Assembly: GCF_046496365.1 (NCBI RefSeq)
Contig: NZ_JAWOHB010000156.1
Location: forward strand, 19,231 to 83,230
Direction: 5' to 3'
Origin: Desulfosarcina sp.
Lineage (GTDB): Bacteria > Desulfobacterota > Desulfobacteria > Desulfobacterales > Desulfosarcinaceae
Length of the DNA stretch: 64,000 nt
The translations under genes and the position numbers were made by a program. This document shows, in pieces, positions 1-10,286 of this stretch; positions within the stretch are counted from its first letter, which is position 1; every line of letters starts with the position of its first letter. Under the pieces are notes generated by a model. That model was given only the letters and a program-made list of their open reading frames with translations. It was not told the origin of the DNA and searched no databases.

Positions 1-680
1 CCCACAACCACCACATCGAACCAGCCATCGTCGATCTTGGCATCCGGCGCCATGAGCATCCGGCCCCCGGTGTACCGGGAGTTGCAGAACTCCACGAAAC
101 AGTTTTCGCCTTCGATTCGCATGCCATCGATTACCAGCTCCATGCGGTGAAACCGCAATTCCAGCATTCGGCGGAAGACTCCCAGAACATAGCTGAAATC
201 GCCGCATCGTTTCCATTGGTGGGCCGTTTGGGCCACATCGGTAACAAATCCGAATCCGGTGAGATTGACGAAATACCAGGGCTGCCCATCCTGGGTAAAA
301 CTGCACACGTCCACTGGTCGCGTCCGGCCCCTGATCAGCGCCCGAATGCCGTCTGCCGTGGTGCAGATGCCAAGGTCCCTGGCAAAGGAGTTGCCGCTGC
401 CCACGGGGATAATGCCCAGCGGAGGCAGCGTGGCAGGATCGTGATATTGCATAAGGCCGTTGAGCAAATGAAAGTTGGTCCCATCTCCACCTAAAGACAC
501 GACGCCATCGTAATTCGCAGGGGTCAGTTTTCTGGCGATATCCATGGCGTGGGCATGGTACTGGGTAATGAAAATCCGGTACTCAATACCATGCCGGCGC
601 AGGTGGGCCTCCACCTTCGGGATGGCTTGGGATCCTTTTCGGCCTCCGGCGCTGGGATTGGCGATCAGTGCAATAGTCAT
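1..680 (-). CDS. Diacylglycerol kinase (YegS/DagK-like) family lipid kinase, 3' end beyond the window edge
   Basis: Manual translation from ATG at 680: MTIALIANPSAGG...SLGGDGT...IIPVGSGNSFARDLG...MAPDAKIDDGWFDVV, matching the DAGK family motifs. Not in the ORF track because it runs off the edge. Confidence 0.85.
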   Translation of the reverse strand, partial: MTIALIANPSAGGRKGSQAIPKVEAHLRRHGIEYRIFITQYHAHAMDIARKLTPANYDGVVSLGGDGTNFHLLNGLMQYHDPATLPPLGIIPVGSGNSFARDLGICTTADGIRALIRGRTRPVDVCSFTQDGQPWYFVNLTGFGFVTDVAQTAHQWKRCGDFSYVLGVFRRMLELRFHRMELVIDGMRIEGENCFVEFCNSRYTGGRMLMAPDAKIDDGWFDVVVV

Positions 681-987
681 GGATGGCAGCGAAAGGTCCT
701 TTCTGTTTTTTGACCTACGGCGCCGGCTGGTCGGGTTCAATTGGCTTTATGAAGATGGTTTTTGGTATACGGTTTTTCCATTCAGGCATTGTGGGTTAAT
801 TCTCCCTGTTCTCCGTTGAACTGAATCGTTGGAGATCCCCATGACAACCCGGGGGTTTTTTGGTAGATTAGCAAGCAAACGCATGGGCACTGGTCTTATA
901 AAGATGAGAAACGAGAAGAACGTGCATACAACCGCAGCGCTTGCTCGCATCTGACCAGGCCAATCCACCGACGAAAGGAATTCCTCC

Positions 988-1764
988 ATGCAAAAACAGC
1001 CGACGCCGACCGACGCCAAGGGTGCAACGGACCGGTCACGCCAGCGCTACACCCTCCTCCTACCGGGCATCCCGGTTTCTTCGAACCGCGGCGCGCTGGG
1101 CTGGTCAACGGTTGCCCTGATCGATACCGGAGGTCGTCGGGTTCTTTTCGATACCGGCTCCTATGGCGATCGCAGCCTGCTGATTGAACGGCTGCAGGCG
1201 CTGTCGCTCGACCCGCAAGCGCTGGACGCCGTTTTCATCTCCCATCTGCACTACGATCACTGCCAGAACATCGATCTGTTCGAAAACATTCCGATCTTCG
1301 TGAGCGAACGCGAACTGAGCTATGTCCTGGAAGGGGAATACCGGGAACGCCGGGATCCTTACGTGCCTGCGACGATGATCTTGAGTCTGAAGGACCGGTT
1401 CCAGACGATCCCCGACGGCAGCGCGCTTTTCCCCGACGTGAGCGTGGTCGCCCTGCCGGGCCACACGCCCGGCCAGGCCGGCCTCTTTCTATCTCGGGAA
1501 AAGATTCTGATAGCCGGCGACGGCGTCAAAAATGCCTGGGAATTTGCCAACCGGATGGCGCCGCCGGCTTTTTTTTCCCAAGCTGCCGCCCTCAACAACT
1601 ATGACTGGGTGAGGGCCCACGCTGTCGAAATCGTTCCGGGCCACGACCGGCCGTTTCGTCTGCAGGCAGACGGAACAACCACCTATCTGACTGCGGCCGC
1701 CGACGTCACCCTGACGCTTTTTCCGGACCCCGGACTGGATCCGAAAGCGATCCGCCTGTACTGA
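988..1764 (+). CDS. Metallo-beta-lactamase-fold hydrolase (lactonase-like)
   Basis: FDTG, SHLHYDH, GHTPG, AGD and PGHD motifs; AAGGA RBS upstream. Confidence 0.85.
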   Translation: MQKQPTPTDAKGATDRSRQRYTLLLPGIPVSSNRGALGWSTVALIDTGGRRVLFDTGSYGDRSLLIERLQALSLDPQALDAVFISHLHYDHCQNIDLFENIPIFVSERELSYVLEGEYRERRDPYVPATMILSLKDRFQTIPDGSALFPDVSVVALPGHTPGQAGLFLSREKILIAGDGVKNAWEFANRMAPPAFFSQAAALNNYDWVRAHAVEIVPGHDRPFRLQADGTTTYLTAAADVTLTLFPDPGLDPKAIRLY

Positions 1765-1831
1765 TGGCACATGGCCTGGTGCTTCAGGCTGCCCCCCTGC
1801 CGGCGGCGGTGCGCCTTGCCCCTGAAAACCA

Positions 1832-2884
1832 CTAGGTCTGATACAAGCAATGAATGAGTTTATCCACAACCTCAGGGGAGTCCCAGTCAACGGCCGCAGG
1901 CTTGGGTGCAACCCCTCCGGACCGCTGCTCAGCCTCCGGCAGTTTCATTTCGTGGCGAATCCGTTCCAAAAGTGAGGCCTGGCGGTGGTAAAGCGCATGG
2001 GCGGCATCCATGCCGATGCGTTCAAAGCGGATGCGGTCTCCCGGAAGGGCCTGGGCGACACGCCAAATGTCGCTGGAAATCACCGTCGCAATTTTGGTGT
2101 ATCCCCCGACCGTCTGTTCGCTCAGCAGGATGATCGGCTGCCCGTCCCGGGGTATCTGCACGCCCCCCGGAAGACTCGGTTCTGAAATGATGCTCTGGGG
2201 CATGCCCTCGATCTGAGAGATAACCGGCCCCTGGAGACGGCAGCCCATGCGATCTGCCTGGGGCGACACGGTAAACCATGCGTTGAAAAAAACATCCAGA
2301 CCATGATCGAAGAAATCATCCTGAGGACCGGGGATCGCCCGCAGGGTGATCTCGGGCGGATAAGCCGGAACAAGCGCCGCCGGCACCCGGCGCGTCGTAT
2401 GGCCGGCCTCCCCGGGACCCCGCCTCAGGCAATCGCCGGCCTGAAGGGGCCGCCCCTTGAAGCCGCCGATTGCCGCGCCGACATAGCAGGAACGGCTGCC
2501 CATGACCAGGGGCACGTCAATGCCTTGCGAGACCGCCAGATACCCGCGGCAGCCGCTTTTCGCCATGCCGACGGTCACCGTATCCCCGGGCTGAACGGGC
2601 ACCGCACACCAGCCGGCGGCCGGGGCGCCGTTGATTGAAAACGGCATATCCGCGCCTGTCAAAGCGATGGTCGCCGGAGCGAGGATCCTCAAGGTAGGGC
2701 CGGAGAAAGTCAACTCAAGCAGCGCCGCCGTGTCGGGGTTTCCCACCAGCATGTTGGCGATTCGTCCGGCGAAATCATCCAGCATGCCGCTGGGCGGGAC
2801 GCCAAACCGTTGCCAACCGAATCGTCCCAGATCCTGAACGGTCGTGTAGGCGCCCGGCGACAGCACGTCGAAAAGGTCAGTCAT
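1832..2884 (-). CDS. pxpC: 5-oxoprolinase subunit C (allophanate hydrolase subunit 2 family)
   Basis: TTVQDLGRFG, GPQDD, DRMG and TVGGYTKIA motifs; start taken at MTDLF, overlapping the pxpB stop. Confidence 0.85.
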   Translation of the reverse strand: MTDLFDVLSPGAYTTVQDLGRFGWQRFGVPPSGMLDDFAGRIANMLVGNPDTAALLELTFSGPTLRILAPATIALTGADMPFSINGAPAAGWCAVPVQPGDTVTVGMAKSGCRGYLAVSQGIDVPLVMGSRSCYVGAAIGGFKGRPLQAGDCLRRGPGEAGHTTRRVPAALVPAYPPEITLRAIPGPQDDFFDHGLDVFFNAWFTVSPQADRMGCRLQGPVISQIEGMPQSIISEPSLPGGVQIPRDGQPIILLSEQTVGGYTKIATVISSDIWRVAQALPGDRIRFERIGMDAAHALYHRQASLLERIRHEMKLPEAEQRSGGVAPKPAAVDWDSPEVVDKLIHCLYQT

Positions 2885-3593
2885 CTTGGCCTCCGACGGC
2901 ACGTCGCCGGTACTCGTCCGGCGTGATCGGCTCGAACCTGAGGGTATCGCCTGCACGCAAGAGAAAGGGGTTCGGCCTTTCGGGGTCAAAGAGCCGCACG
3001 GGCGAGCGGCCGATGAGCTGCCAGCCTCCCGGGCTGGCGATCGGATAGATCCCGGTCTGGTTGTTGGCAATACCGACCGAGCCGGCCGGAACCCGGGTCC
3101 GCGGGGAGGTCAGCCGGGGGGTGTGCAGTTTCTCCGAAAGCCCTCCCAGGAAAGGGAATCCCGGAGAAAATCCCAGCATGTAAATGGGGTAGCAGGGTTC
3201 CGAATGGAGGCGGATGACATCATCGATACCGATGTGGTTATGCGCGGCCACAAACGCGATGTCCGGCCCGTATTCTCCTCCATAACAGACCGGAATGACG
3301 CTCTCTTTTGGGGGGGGTGTCTCAATCCGGGCCACCTTACCATAAAGGGACAGAATCCGGGGCTGGAGGAGAGAAGGATTGGTCGTCAGGGGATCGTAGA
3401 CCACGACCATAGATCGGTAGGTGGGGATCACTTCGCGGACACCGGGGACTGCGGCCATTTCCAGCGCAAAGGTCATCGCCCGCACGGTTTGATTGATTGC
3501 AGGGGCGATGGCATCGCCAAACTCCACCAGCAGGCCCCTGTCGCCGGCCAGGCGGAATTTCGGTTGATCGAAACGTTGACGGTTCACGGCCAC
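2877..3593 (-). CDS. pxpB: 5-oxoprolinase subunit B
   Basis: IPVCYGGEYGPD, GFSPGFPFLG, PAGSVGIA and SPGGWQLIGR motifs. Confidence 0.9.
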   Translation of the reverse strand: MAVNRQRFDQPKFRLAGDRGLLVEFGDAIAPAINQTVRAMTFALEMAAVPGVREVIPTYRSMVVVYDPLTTNPSLLQPRILSLYGKVARIETPPPKESVIPVCYGGEYGPDIAFVAAHNHIGIDDVIRLHSEPCYPIYMLGFSPGFPFLGGLSEKLHTPRLTSPRTRVPAGSVGIANNQTGIYPIASPGGWQLIGRSPVRLFDPERPNPFLLRAGDTLRFEPITPDEYRRRAVGGQDD

Positions 3594-3601
3594 TGCATCC
3601 G

Positions 3602-4384
3602 CTACCGGCCGCCGGCGAAGGGGGCGACCCGGATATTCTCGTTTTCCAGTGTCTGGCGGATCTGCCGAACCAGGTCAACGGCTCCCGGCGTATCACCATG
3701 GACACAAAGGGTCTGGGCCCGCAAAGGGATCCGCCTCCCGTCGGATGCCACGGCGACACCGTCCCGGGCCATCAGGAGCGCCCGAGCGGCGACTTCGGCG
3801 GGATCCTTGATCACCGCACCCTGCCGGCTGCGGGGTACGAGGGTGCCATCGGGGGTGTAGGCCCGATCCGGAAAAGCCTCTCGAATGACCTTCAGGCCCA
3901 TCGCTTTGCCGATGCCGGCGACGAGTTCGCCCTTTTGGCCGGCCAGCGCCATGTAGTAAAGGTCCGGGTCGACGGCGGTAATCGCCTCGGCGATCCCGCG
4001 GGCGACCGCTTCGTTGGCAACGGCGGACAGGTAAAGGCTGCCGTGAGGCTTGACATGGTTGAGTTTCAGGCCGTGGGCCGCACAAAAACCTTGCAGTGCG
4101 CCGATCTGATAGATCATGTAGGACCGAATTTCATCGCGGCTCAGGTTCATCTCCCGACGCCCGAATCCCATCAGATCGGGATATCCGGGATGCGCGCCGG
4201 GACTGACGCCGTGTTCCTTGGCCATGCGGACGGTGCGATCCATCACCATGGGATCGCCCGCGTGCCACCCGCAGGCGATGTTTGCCGAAGAAATATACGC
4301 GATCACGGACGCGTCCATCCCAATCTTGTAGGCACCGAAACTCTCACCCATGTCGCAGTTAAGATCAATGCTTGTCGTTGCCAT
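3602..4384 (-). CDS. pxpA: 5-oxoprolinase subunit A (LamB/YcsF family)
   Basis: IDLNCDMGESFG, ANIACGWHAGDP, HVKPHG and LCVHGD motifs. Confidence 0.92.
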   Translation of the reverse strand: MATTSIDLNCDMGESFGAYKIGMDASVIAYISSANIACGWHAGDPMVMDRTVRMAKEHGVSPGAHPGYPDLMGFGRREMNLSRDEIRSYMIYQIGALQGFCAAHGLKLNHVKPHGSLYLSAVANEAVARGIAEAITAVDPDLYYMALAGQKGELVAGIGKAMGLKVIREAFPDRAYTPDGTLVPRSRQGAVIKDPAEVAARALLMARDGVAVASDGRRIPLRAQTLCVHGDTPGAVDLVRQIRQTLENENIRVAPFAGGR

Positions 4385-4393
4385 CCCCACCCC

Positions 4394-5098
4394 CTAAAAG
4401 GTCTCTATCGCACCGGCCATCACCTCGCAGGTGTAACCATGGCCAAGGGTGCGGTTTAAAACCGGGTCGTGCAGCTGAAAGTCATATCCGTCGCCGGCAA
4501 CCAGCCCCTCCACCGTACCGATCGTTCCCGAGAAAAGCACCAGGCCGTCCTCGAGTCCTCCCAGACGCTTATAAAGATCTTCGATCCAGTATTCGGGAGG
4601 CAGGATCGCCCCGCAGCGATCCTCCTGGTATAGAGACACCTTCCCGCTGCGGGTGACCGTGCAGCGCAGCTGGAGCTGGTCGAAATGGTCCTTGACCTCT
4701 TCATAGGGCCACAGGTCCCGGGCGATGACGTTGAGGCACATGTTCTTGGATTTGGCCACCGAAACCGACTCCAGTTTTCGGTCGGTGTGATCTGACCCGA
4801 CGGTCACCAGGATCTCTCCGTGATGCCACAACAGCACCCATTCCACTTCTCCAGACGTCTGCGGTCCGTGTACCTGAATGTGACGGCTATGGGTCAACAG
4901 ATGGTTGCCCAACGCCAGCAGGGTGGGAATGTTTTTCGGTGCCGCGACGCCGACTTCTGCCAGTTCATCGATGTGGTGCTGCAGAGCCTTGCGGTCGCTG
5001 CCGACCCAGCCCGCGTTGAACATCCGCTTGGCACTGAACACGATCTTTTCAGGCTCACGATTCAACCGCTTGACCGTCAACTCAAGTTCGACTCGCAT
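4394..5098 (-). CDS. DUF2848-like protein (fumarylacetoacetate-hydrolase-like fold)
   Basis: AGW..HHIDEL, TSGEVE and VGSDHTDR..E..SVAKSK motifs; AGGAAGG RBS. Confidence 0.75.
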   Translation of the reverse strand: MRVELELTVKRLNREPEKIVFSAKRMFNAGWVGSDRKALQHHIDELAEVGVAAPKNIPTLLALGNHLLTHSRHIQVHGPQTSGEVEWVLLWHHGEILVTVGSDHTDRKLESVSVAKSKNMCLNVIARDLWPYEEVKDHFDQLQLRCTVTRSGKVSLYQEDRCGAILPPEYWIEDLYKRLGGLEDGLVLFSGTIGTVEGLVAGDGYDFQLHDPVLNRTLGHGYTCEVMAGAIETF

Positions 5099-5191
5099 GG
5101 CAGGCATCCTTCCTATCTGTATACTGTTGACCGTTATCGACGGTACGAACCCCGGTGCAACAATAATCAACGCGGTGTATAAAGACAACCG

Positions 5192-6490
5192 TTACCCCGC
5201 CATCTGCATCGGTAGTATCATGACAATTATCGGGAACAGGGTTATCAGGATCACGGCCAAAAAAATCAGCATGAAAAAAGGGACCGCGGCCATGGCGACG
5301 CTTTCCAGCCGCTCTCCGGTTAACCCCTGAATGACGAACAAATTGAACCCCACCGGGGGGGTAATCTGTCCGACCTCGATGACGAGCGTCAGAAAGATTC
5401 CGAACCATACCGGGTTGAACCCCGCCTGAACCACCAGGGGAAGGGTGATCGGCAGGGTCATGACGATCATTGAGATGCCGTCGAGAAAAAAGCCCAGAAA
5501 CATGTAGAACAGGGTCAAAATGGCGATCAACATGTAGGGGCTCAAGCCCAGGGACCCGATGAAAGCCGCGACTTGAGCCGGCAGCTTGAGGTAGCCCATG
5601 GCCACGGCCAGAAAACTTGCCCCGGCGATAATGAAGCAGATCATGGCCGAGGTTTTGATCGTTCCCTTCATGGCCTCGACCAGGTTCGACCACTTCAGGT
5701 CTCCCAGCAATGCAGCCGCGACCAGTGACCCGACGGCACCGACGGCCGCCGCTTCGGATGGGGTGGCCAGGCCGGAATAAATCGAGCCCAGGATGAAGAG
5801 GATCAATGTCGACACCGGCAGCAGTTTGACCACCGCCCGAAACTTGGCCTTGAGATCGAATTTTTCCCTTTTGACCGGGGCCAGGTTCGGGTTCAGCAAG
5901 ACCCGGACGATGACGTAGCTCATGCAAAGCCCTGCGACCAGCAACCCCGGAATCACGCCGGCCATAAACAACTGACCGATGGACTCTTCGGCCAGCACCC
6001 CGTAAATGATCAGCACGATGCTGGGGGGGATGAGCAGCCCCAGGGTGCCGGCCCCGGCCAGGGAGCCGTGGCTGAGCTGTTTGTCGTAGCCATCTGCTTT
6101 CAACTGATGCAGGGTGATTTTACCGATGGTGGCCGCCGTGGCCGGGGACGAACCCGAAACGGCCGCAAATATAGCCGAACCGAGGATGTTGATGTGCAGC
6201 AAGCGGCCGGGAATAATTTGAACAAACGGTCGCAATCCCTCGAAAAGAAGATCGGACATCCTCGTGCGCAGAATCATCTCCCCGAGGAAAATGAACATCG
6301 GCAAGGCTGCCAGGGACCAGCTGTTCAAACTGTTCCACATGGCCTGCGCCCAGATCTTGGCCACCGGCATGCTGGTCAGGAGCTGCATCGATATACCGGC
6401 GGTGGCCATCAGCGACATGGCGATCCAGACGCCGGACCCCAGCAGCCCGAAGAGCAATACAATTACTGTAACCAGCGTAACGTTCATCAA
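5192..6490 (-). CDS. dctM: TRAP transporter large permease
   Basis: About 12 TM segments; SGSSPATAA, GTLGLLIPPS and ITPPVGFNLFV motifs. Confidence 0.92.
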   Translation of the reverse strand: MMNVTLVTVIVLLFGLLGSGVWIAMSLMATAGISMQLLTSMPVAKIWAQAMWNSLNSWSLAALPMFIFLGEMILRTRMSDLLFEGLRPFVQIIPGRLLHINILGSAIFAAVSGSSPATAATIGKITLHQLKADGYDKQLSHGSLAGAGTLGLLIPPSIVLIIYGVLAEESIGQLFMAGVIPGLLVAGLCMSYVIVRVLLNPNLAPVKREKFDLKAKFRAVVKLLPVSTLILFILGSIYSGLATPSEAAAVGAVGSLVAAALLGDLKWSNLVEAMKGTIKTSAMICFIIAGASFLAVAMGYLKLPAQVAAFIGSLGLSPYMLIAILTLFYMFLGFFLDGISMIVMTLPITLPLVVQAGFNPVWFGIFLTLVIEVGQITPPVGFNLFVIQGLTGERLESVAMAAVPFFMLIFLAVILITLFPIIVMILPMQMAG

Positions 6491-7044
6491 CCCTTCCCGG
6501 CGTCGTGGGTGAGTTTGAATTGTTGGAGCCCTCCGACGATCAGGGCGGTGAGACGGCCGATGATTTGAAGGGTCAGCAGGACCATCCCGACAAGAACGAT
6601 GGCCTGAGGGATATAAAGGGGTGTCTCGGCCGGCGTGTAGGCCGTAAGATTGCGGCCTTTGGATGTCAGGACCAGTTCAAAAATAAAAACGCACGACAGT
6701 CCGGACAAGACCATCGCAAAAACCATGCAGCCGGCCTCCAACACGAAGGCGCTCATGGCCCCCAGCCGTTCTCGCAGGAAAGTGATGCGGATATGGGCAT
6801 CCTCCCTGAAGGAAAAGCCCATTCCGAGATAAATCATGGCCGCCAGGGCGTATCCCGAATACTCGCCGGAAACCTCGGTTGAGGATCCCAGAAAGTTTCT
6901 CATAATCACCTCGGCCAGGATCAACAGGACCATTCCGGAAAAAATAAGGGCCGACAGGATGGCACCGACATCGGAAAGCCGGTTGATCGGGTTCACCAGA
7001 ACCGCAAAAAGCGGATGTTTGCTCTCCTCGGGTGACGCGTTCAT
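6487..7044 (-). CDS. dctQ: TRAP transporter small permease
   Basis: 4 TM segments, HIRI motif, position between dctP and dctM; start uncertain (7044 or 7056). Confidence 0.85.
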   Translation of the reverse strand: MNASPEESKHPLFAVLVNPINRLSDVGAILSALIFSGMVLLILAEVIMRNFLGSSTEVSGEYSGYALAAMIYLGMGFSFREDAHIRITFLRERLGAMSAFVLEAGCMVFAMVLSGLSCVFIFELVLTSKGRNLTAYTPAETPLYIPQAIVLVGMVLLTLQIIGRLTALIVGGLQQFKLTHDAGKG

Positions 7045-7143
7045 GACAGCATCCATGGATTGGCGCTTGCAAGTCCCCCGCGTTAAGGCCAGCGTCGCGC
7101 AGTTGCGGCCGTTTGCGGGGAGCTGAAAACGCACAGATGATTA

Positions 7144-7166
7144 GGGGGCCGCAGCTTACGGCCCCC
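7144..7166 (-). terminator. GC-rich stem-loop after dctP (attenuator or mRNA stabiliser)
   Basis: GGGGCCG-(cagctta)-CGGCCCC inverted repeat just after the dctP stop. Confidence 0.5.
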
Positions 7167-7184
7167 GTAGAAAAATCGATCTTG

Positions 7185-8186
7185 CTATTGGAGCGTTTTG
7201 CGTTCTTGGTCAAACTTCGTCAGAACCGCCTCACCGACCTTGCCCGTCTTTTTCAGCCAGTCGTTAATGACATCTTGACCGCTGGCGCGCAGTTTGGCGG
7301 CAAGTTCATCGGAGACCTCGGTGGTGATGGTCATACCGTTGTCGGCGCAGGTTTTTTCATCATTAACCATGGCTTCCTCGGCGATTTGCCACTGGCGGAC
7401 TTCCATATCCTTGCCGATCTTCACGAAGACCGCCTGCTGTTTGGGAGTCAGGTCATTGAAACTGTCCAGGTTGAAATTGATCATGTTCAGCGGAATGGCG
7501 AAGTTGACGCGGGTGGTGTCGGAAAGCACTTCCCAGAACTTGCCGGCGACCGCGCTCTGGGACGAAGTCAGAACCGAGTCGATGGTCTTGGTCGCCAAGG
7601 CGGGATAAACATCCCCCCAGGACATGACGACGGCGTTGGCCCCGGCCTTTTTAAGAACCTCGGTGCCGTTTTTGTCATAGGTCCGGATACGCAGTCCCTG
7701 CAGATCCGCGTATGTTTTGATGGGCCGGTTGGCATGAATCGAGCTGGGCGGCCAGGGGGCCGTATACAGAATCATCTGGTTGAACTTTTTGGCCTCCGCA
7801 TCGTATTGTGGCCGAACAATATCCAAAAGGAGTTTGGCCTCCTTGAAATTCTTGATCAGAAAGGGCGAGGTGCTGAGACCGAAAATCGGTGACGTGCCCA
7901 CGGCGGCTCCCATCAGCACGCTCTGAATCGGCACAATGCCGTCGGCCACGGCCGTGAAGCGGTCTTCGTCCTTGAGCCCCAAGGCCCCGCCTTCGTGCAC
8001 CGTGAGGACGACTTCTCCAGCCAGCGCCTCGTTGATCCGCTTGGCAAATTCGCGGCAGGTTTCAGCGTGCATATTGGCGCCGCTGTAGGTGGTGGCGATG
8101 TTCAGTTCCACAACAGCCGCCGCGGGATTTCCGATCAACACCACACACAGGATCAGGCCGAATGCTACCCACAGTTTTTTCGACAT
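7185..8186 (-). CDS. dctP: TRAP substrate-binding protein
   Basis: Signal peptide (..PAAA), DLQGLRIRT and DVYPALAT motifs. Confidence 0.9.
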   Translation of the reverse strand: MSKKLWVAFGLILCVVLIGNPAAAVVELNIATTYSGANMHAETCREFAKRINEALAGEVVLTVHEGGALGLKDEDRFTAVADGIVPIQSVLMGAAVGTSPIFGLSTSPFLIKNFKEAKLLLDIVRPQYDAEAKKFNQMILYTAPWPPSSIHANRPIKTYADLQGLRIRTYDKNGTEVLKKAGANAVVMSWGDVYPALATKTIDSVLTSSQSAVAGKFWEVLSDTTRVNFAIPLNMINFNLDSFNDLTPKQQAVFVKIGKDMEVRQWQIAEEAMVNDEKTCADNGMTITTEVSDELAAKLRASGQDVINDWLKKTGKVGEAVLTKFDQERKTLQ

Positions 8187-8225
8187 GAGAAAACTCCTTT
8201 CAAAATTGGTTAAGTTGGGCAAAAT

Positions 8226-8999
8226 CTACCCCAGATCGACCCGGTCATGCAACGCACTGAATTCTTTACGCACCGACGCCACTTGATCCATGTCGATTTC
8301 CACCGTAATCATACATTCCTTCTCCCCCCCCTGGGCCAGGATGTTTCCCAACGGGTCGACGACCATGCTGTGACCCGCGTAAAGTGATCCGGCATCCGAG
8401 CCGGCGCAGTTGCTCGATATCAGAAAAGCCTGGTTCTCCATGGCGCGTACACGATTAAAAAGAACCCAGGGGTCCAGGCGAACCGCCGGCCAGGCAGAGA
8501 CCACCAGGAAAAAAACCGCCCCGCGATCGACCATTTTACGAAACTGTTCCGGGAACCGCAGATCGTAGCAGGTGGCCAATCCGGCCTTCCCCCACGGCGT
8601 GTCGGCCACGACCACCTCCGTGCCACCGGTGAGCAGATCGCGCTCGCTGGATTGGTAGCCGAACAGGTGGATTTTGCGGTAAACGGCGGCCACGTTCCCT
8701 TGGGGGTCGATCAGCAGGCTGGAATTGAACAGCCCTTTTGTATTCCGCTCAACAAAACTGCCCATCAGAATGTGGCGCCGTATCGCCGCGGCCTTGTCCC
8801 TGAACGCCAGGACGACCGGCCCGTCGATGGGTTCAGCATCGACCGGGTAACGGTCGAAACGGAAAAACCCGGAGGGCCACATTTCGGGCAGCAGGATCAG
8901 ATCACTCGACGACGCCTGATCCACCAGTGCCAGGGCATGCGCCGTGGCTTCCGCTTTTGAAATCTCCCGCCTTTCCAACTGGATACTGGTGATTTTCAT
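8226..8999 (-). CDS. Carbon-nitrogen hydrolase (nitrilase superfamily; omega-amidase-like)
   Basis: E-K-C triad in LPEMW, YRKIHLF and CYDLRFPE. Confidence 0.9.
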   Translation of the reverse strand: MKITSIQLERREISKAEATAHALALVDQASSSDLILLPEMWPSGFFRFDRYPVDAEPIDGPVVLAFRDKAAAIRRHILMGSFVERNTKGLFNSSLLIDPQGNVAAVYRKIHLFGYQSSERDLLTGGTEVVVADTPWGKAGLATCYDLRFPEQFRKMVDRGAVFFLVVSAWPAVRLDPWVLFNRVRAMENQAFLISSNCAGSDAGSLYAGHSMVVDPLGNILAQGGEKECMITVEIDMDQVASVRKEFSALHDRVDLG

Positions 9000-9190
9000 G
9001 CTTTACATCCTTTTGGGGCGTCGACTGCAAGGGTCACCGGACAACCACGTGTCTTTTTATCACAAGGTTTATCATCAAGCAAAATATAGTTCGCACACGC
9101 TGCGGTCACTCGATCGTCATTCTTAAAATTAAGATCCAATTTGGCCTTCAACCGAGATCCGCCGGCGCCCTGCCATCGGTTTCAAGCGCC

Positions 9191-9219
9191 TTGACAATAC
9201 CCGCTTCCTTATTTATTTT
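9191..9219 (+). promoter_or_regulatory. Putative sigma70 promoter of the moxR-bat operon
   Basis: TTGACA-17 nt-TATTTT. Confidence 0.45.
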
Positions 9220-9304
9220 CCCGTTGATTTAATTCTCGACAAGCCTCTGCCGGGATACCACTCGCACGAATACAGATCCGACCCTTGGGCAAAAGGAGAA
9301 CGCC

Positions 9305-10285
9305 GTGCCACTGGAAGAACTGAAAGCACAGATCGAAGAAAAGCATCTCGTGGTCAACCGGATCCGGGAAGAAATCGGCAAAGTGCTGGTGGGCCAGCGG
9401 GAGCTGGTCGACGGACTGCTCATCGGTCTGTTTACACGTGGGCACATTCTTATCGAGGGGGTGCCCGGTCTGGCCAAAACCAGCGCGGTCAAAGCCCTGG
9501 CCGATACGGTCCACGCCGATTTCAAACGCATCCAATTCACCCCCGACCTGTTGCCGGCCGACCTGGTGGGAACGGAAATTTACCGCCCCAAGACCGGTGA
9601 CTTCAGCATAAAAAAAGGCCCGCTGTTCAACAACATCATCCTGGCCGACGAAATCAACCGGGCCCCTTCCAAGGTCCAGTCAGCGCTGCTGGAGGCCATG
9701 CAGGAACGCCAGGTTACCATCGGCGAAACCACCTTTCCGCTGGCGGACCCCTTCCTGGTCATGGCCACCCAGAACCCCATCGAACAGGAAGGCACGTACC
9801 CGCTGCCCGAGGCCCAGGTTGACCGGTTCATGCTCAAGATTCTCATCGACTATCCGGACAAGGTCGAAGAGAAGGAGATCATGAAACGGGTCGGCTTCGA
9901 GACCCAACAGCCGGTGCGGCCGGTGCTGGATCCTGTTGAAATCCTGGCCGTCAGCCAGTTGATCAACCGCGTCTACATGGACGAAAAGCTTAAAGACTAC
10001 ATCGTGGACCTGGTGTTTGCCACCCGCAACCCGGCAGCGTACAATATCGAAGTCGCCAACTACATCCAGTTCGGGGCATCGCCCAGGGCCACCATCTTCC
10101 TGAGCCTGGCCGCCCGGGCCTATGCATTTCTTCAAGGCCGCGCCTATGTGACGCCTCAGGACGTGAAGACCATCGCCCCGGCCGTGCTGCGTCATCGGAT
10201 TCTGTTGACCTACGAAGCCGAAGCCGAAGATATCGATACCGATCAAATCATCGGCCGTATCTTCGATTCGGTGGAAGTGCCGTGA
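9305..10285 (+). CDS. moxR: MoxR family AAA+ ATPase
   Basis: GVPGLAKT, RIQFTPDLLPAD, DEINRA and ATQNPIEQEGTYPLPEAQ motifs; GTG start with AAGGAG RBS. Confidence 0.95.
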   Translation: MPLEELKAQIEEKHLVVNRIREEIGKVLVGQRELVDGLLIGLFTRGHILIEGVPGLAKTSAVKALADTVHADFKRIQFTPDLLPADLVGTEIYRPKTGDFSIKKGPLFNNIILADEINRAPSKVQSALLEAMQERQVTIGETTFPLADPFLVMATQNPIEQEGTYPLPEAQVDRFMLKILIDYPDKVEEKEIMKRVGFETQQPVRPVLDPVEILAVSQLINRVYMDEKLKDYIVDLVFATRNPAAYNIEVANYIQFGASPRATIFLSLAARAYAFLQGRAYVTPQDVKTIAPAVLRHRILLTYEAEAEDIDTDQIIGRIFDSVEVP

Positions 10286-10286
10286 T

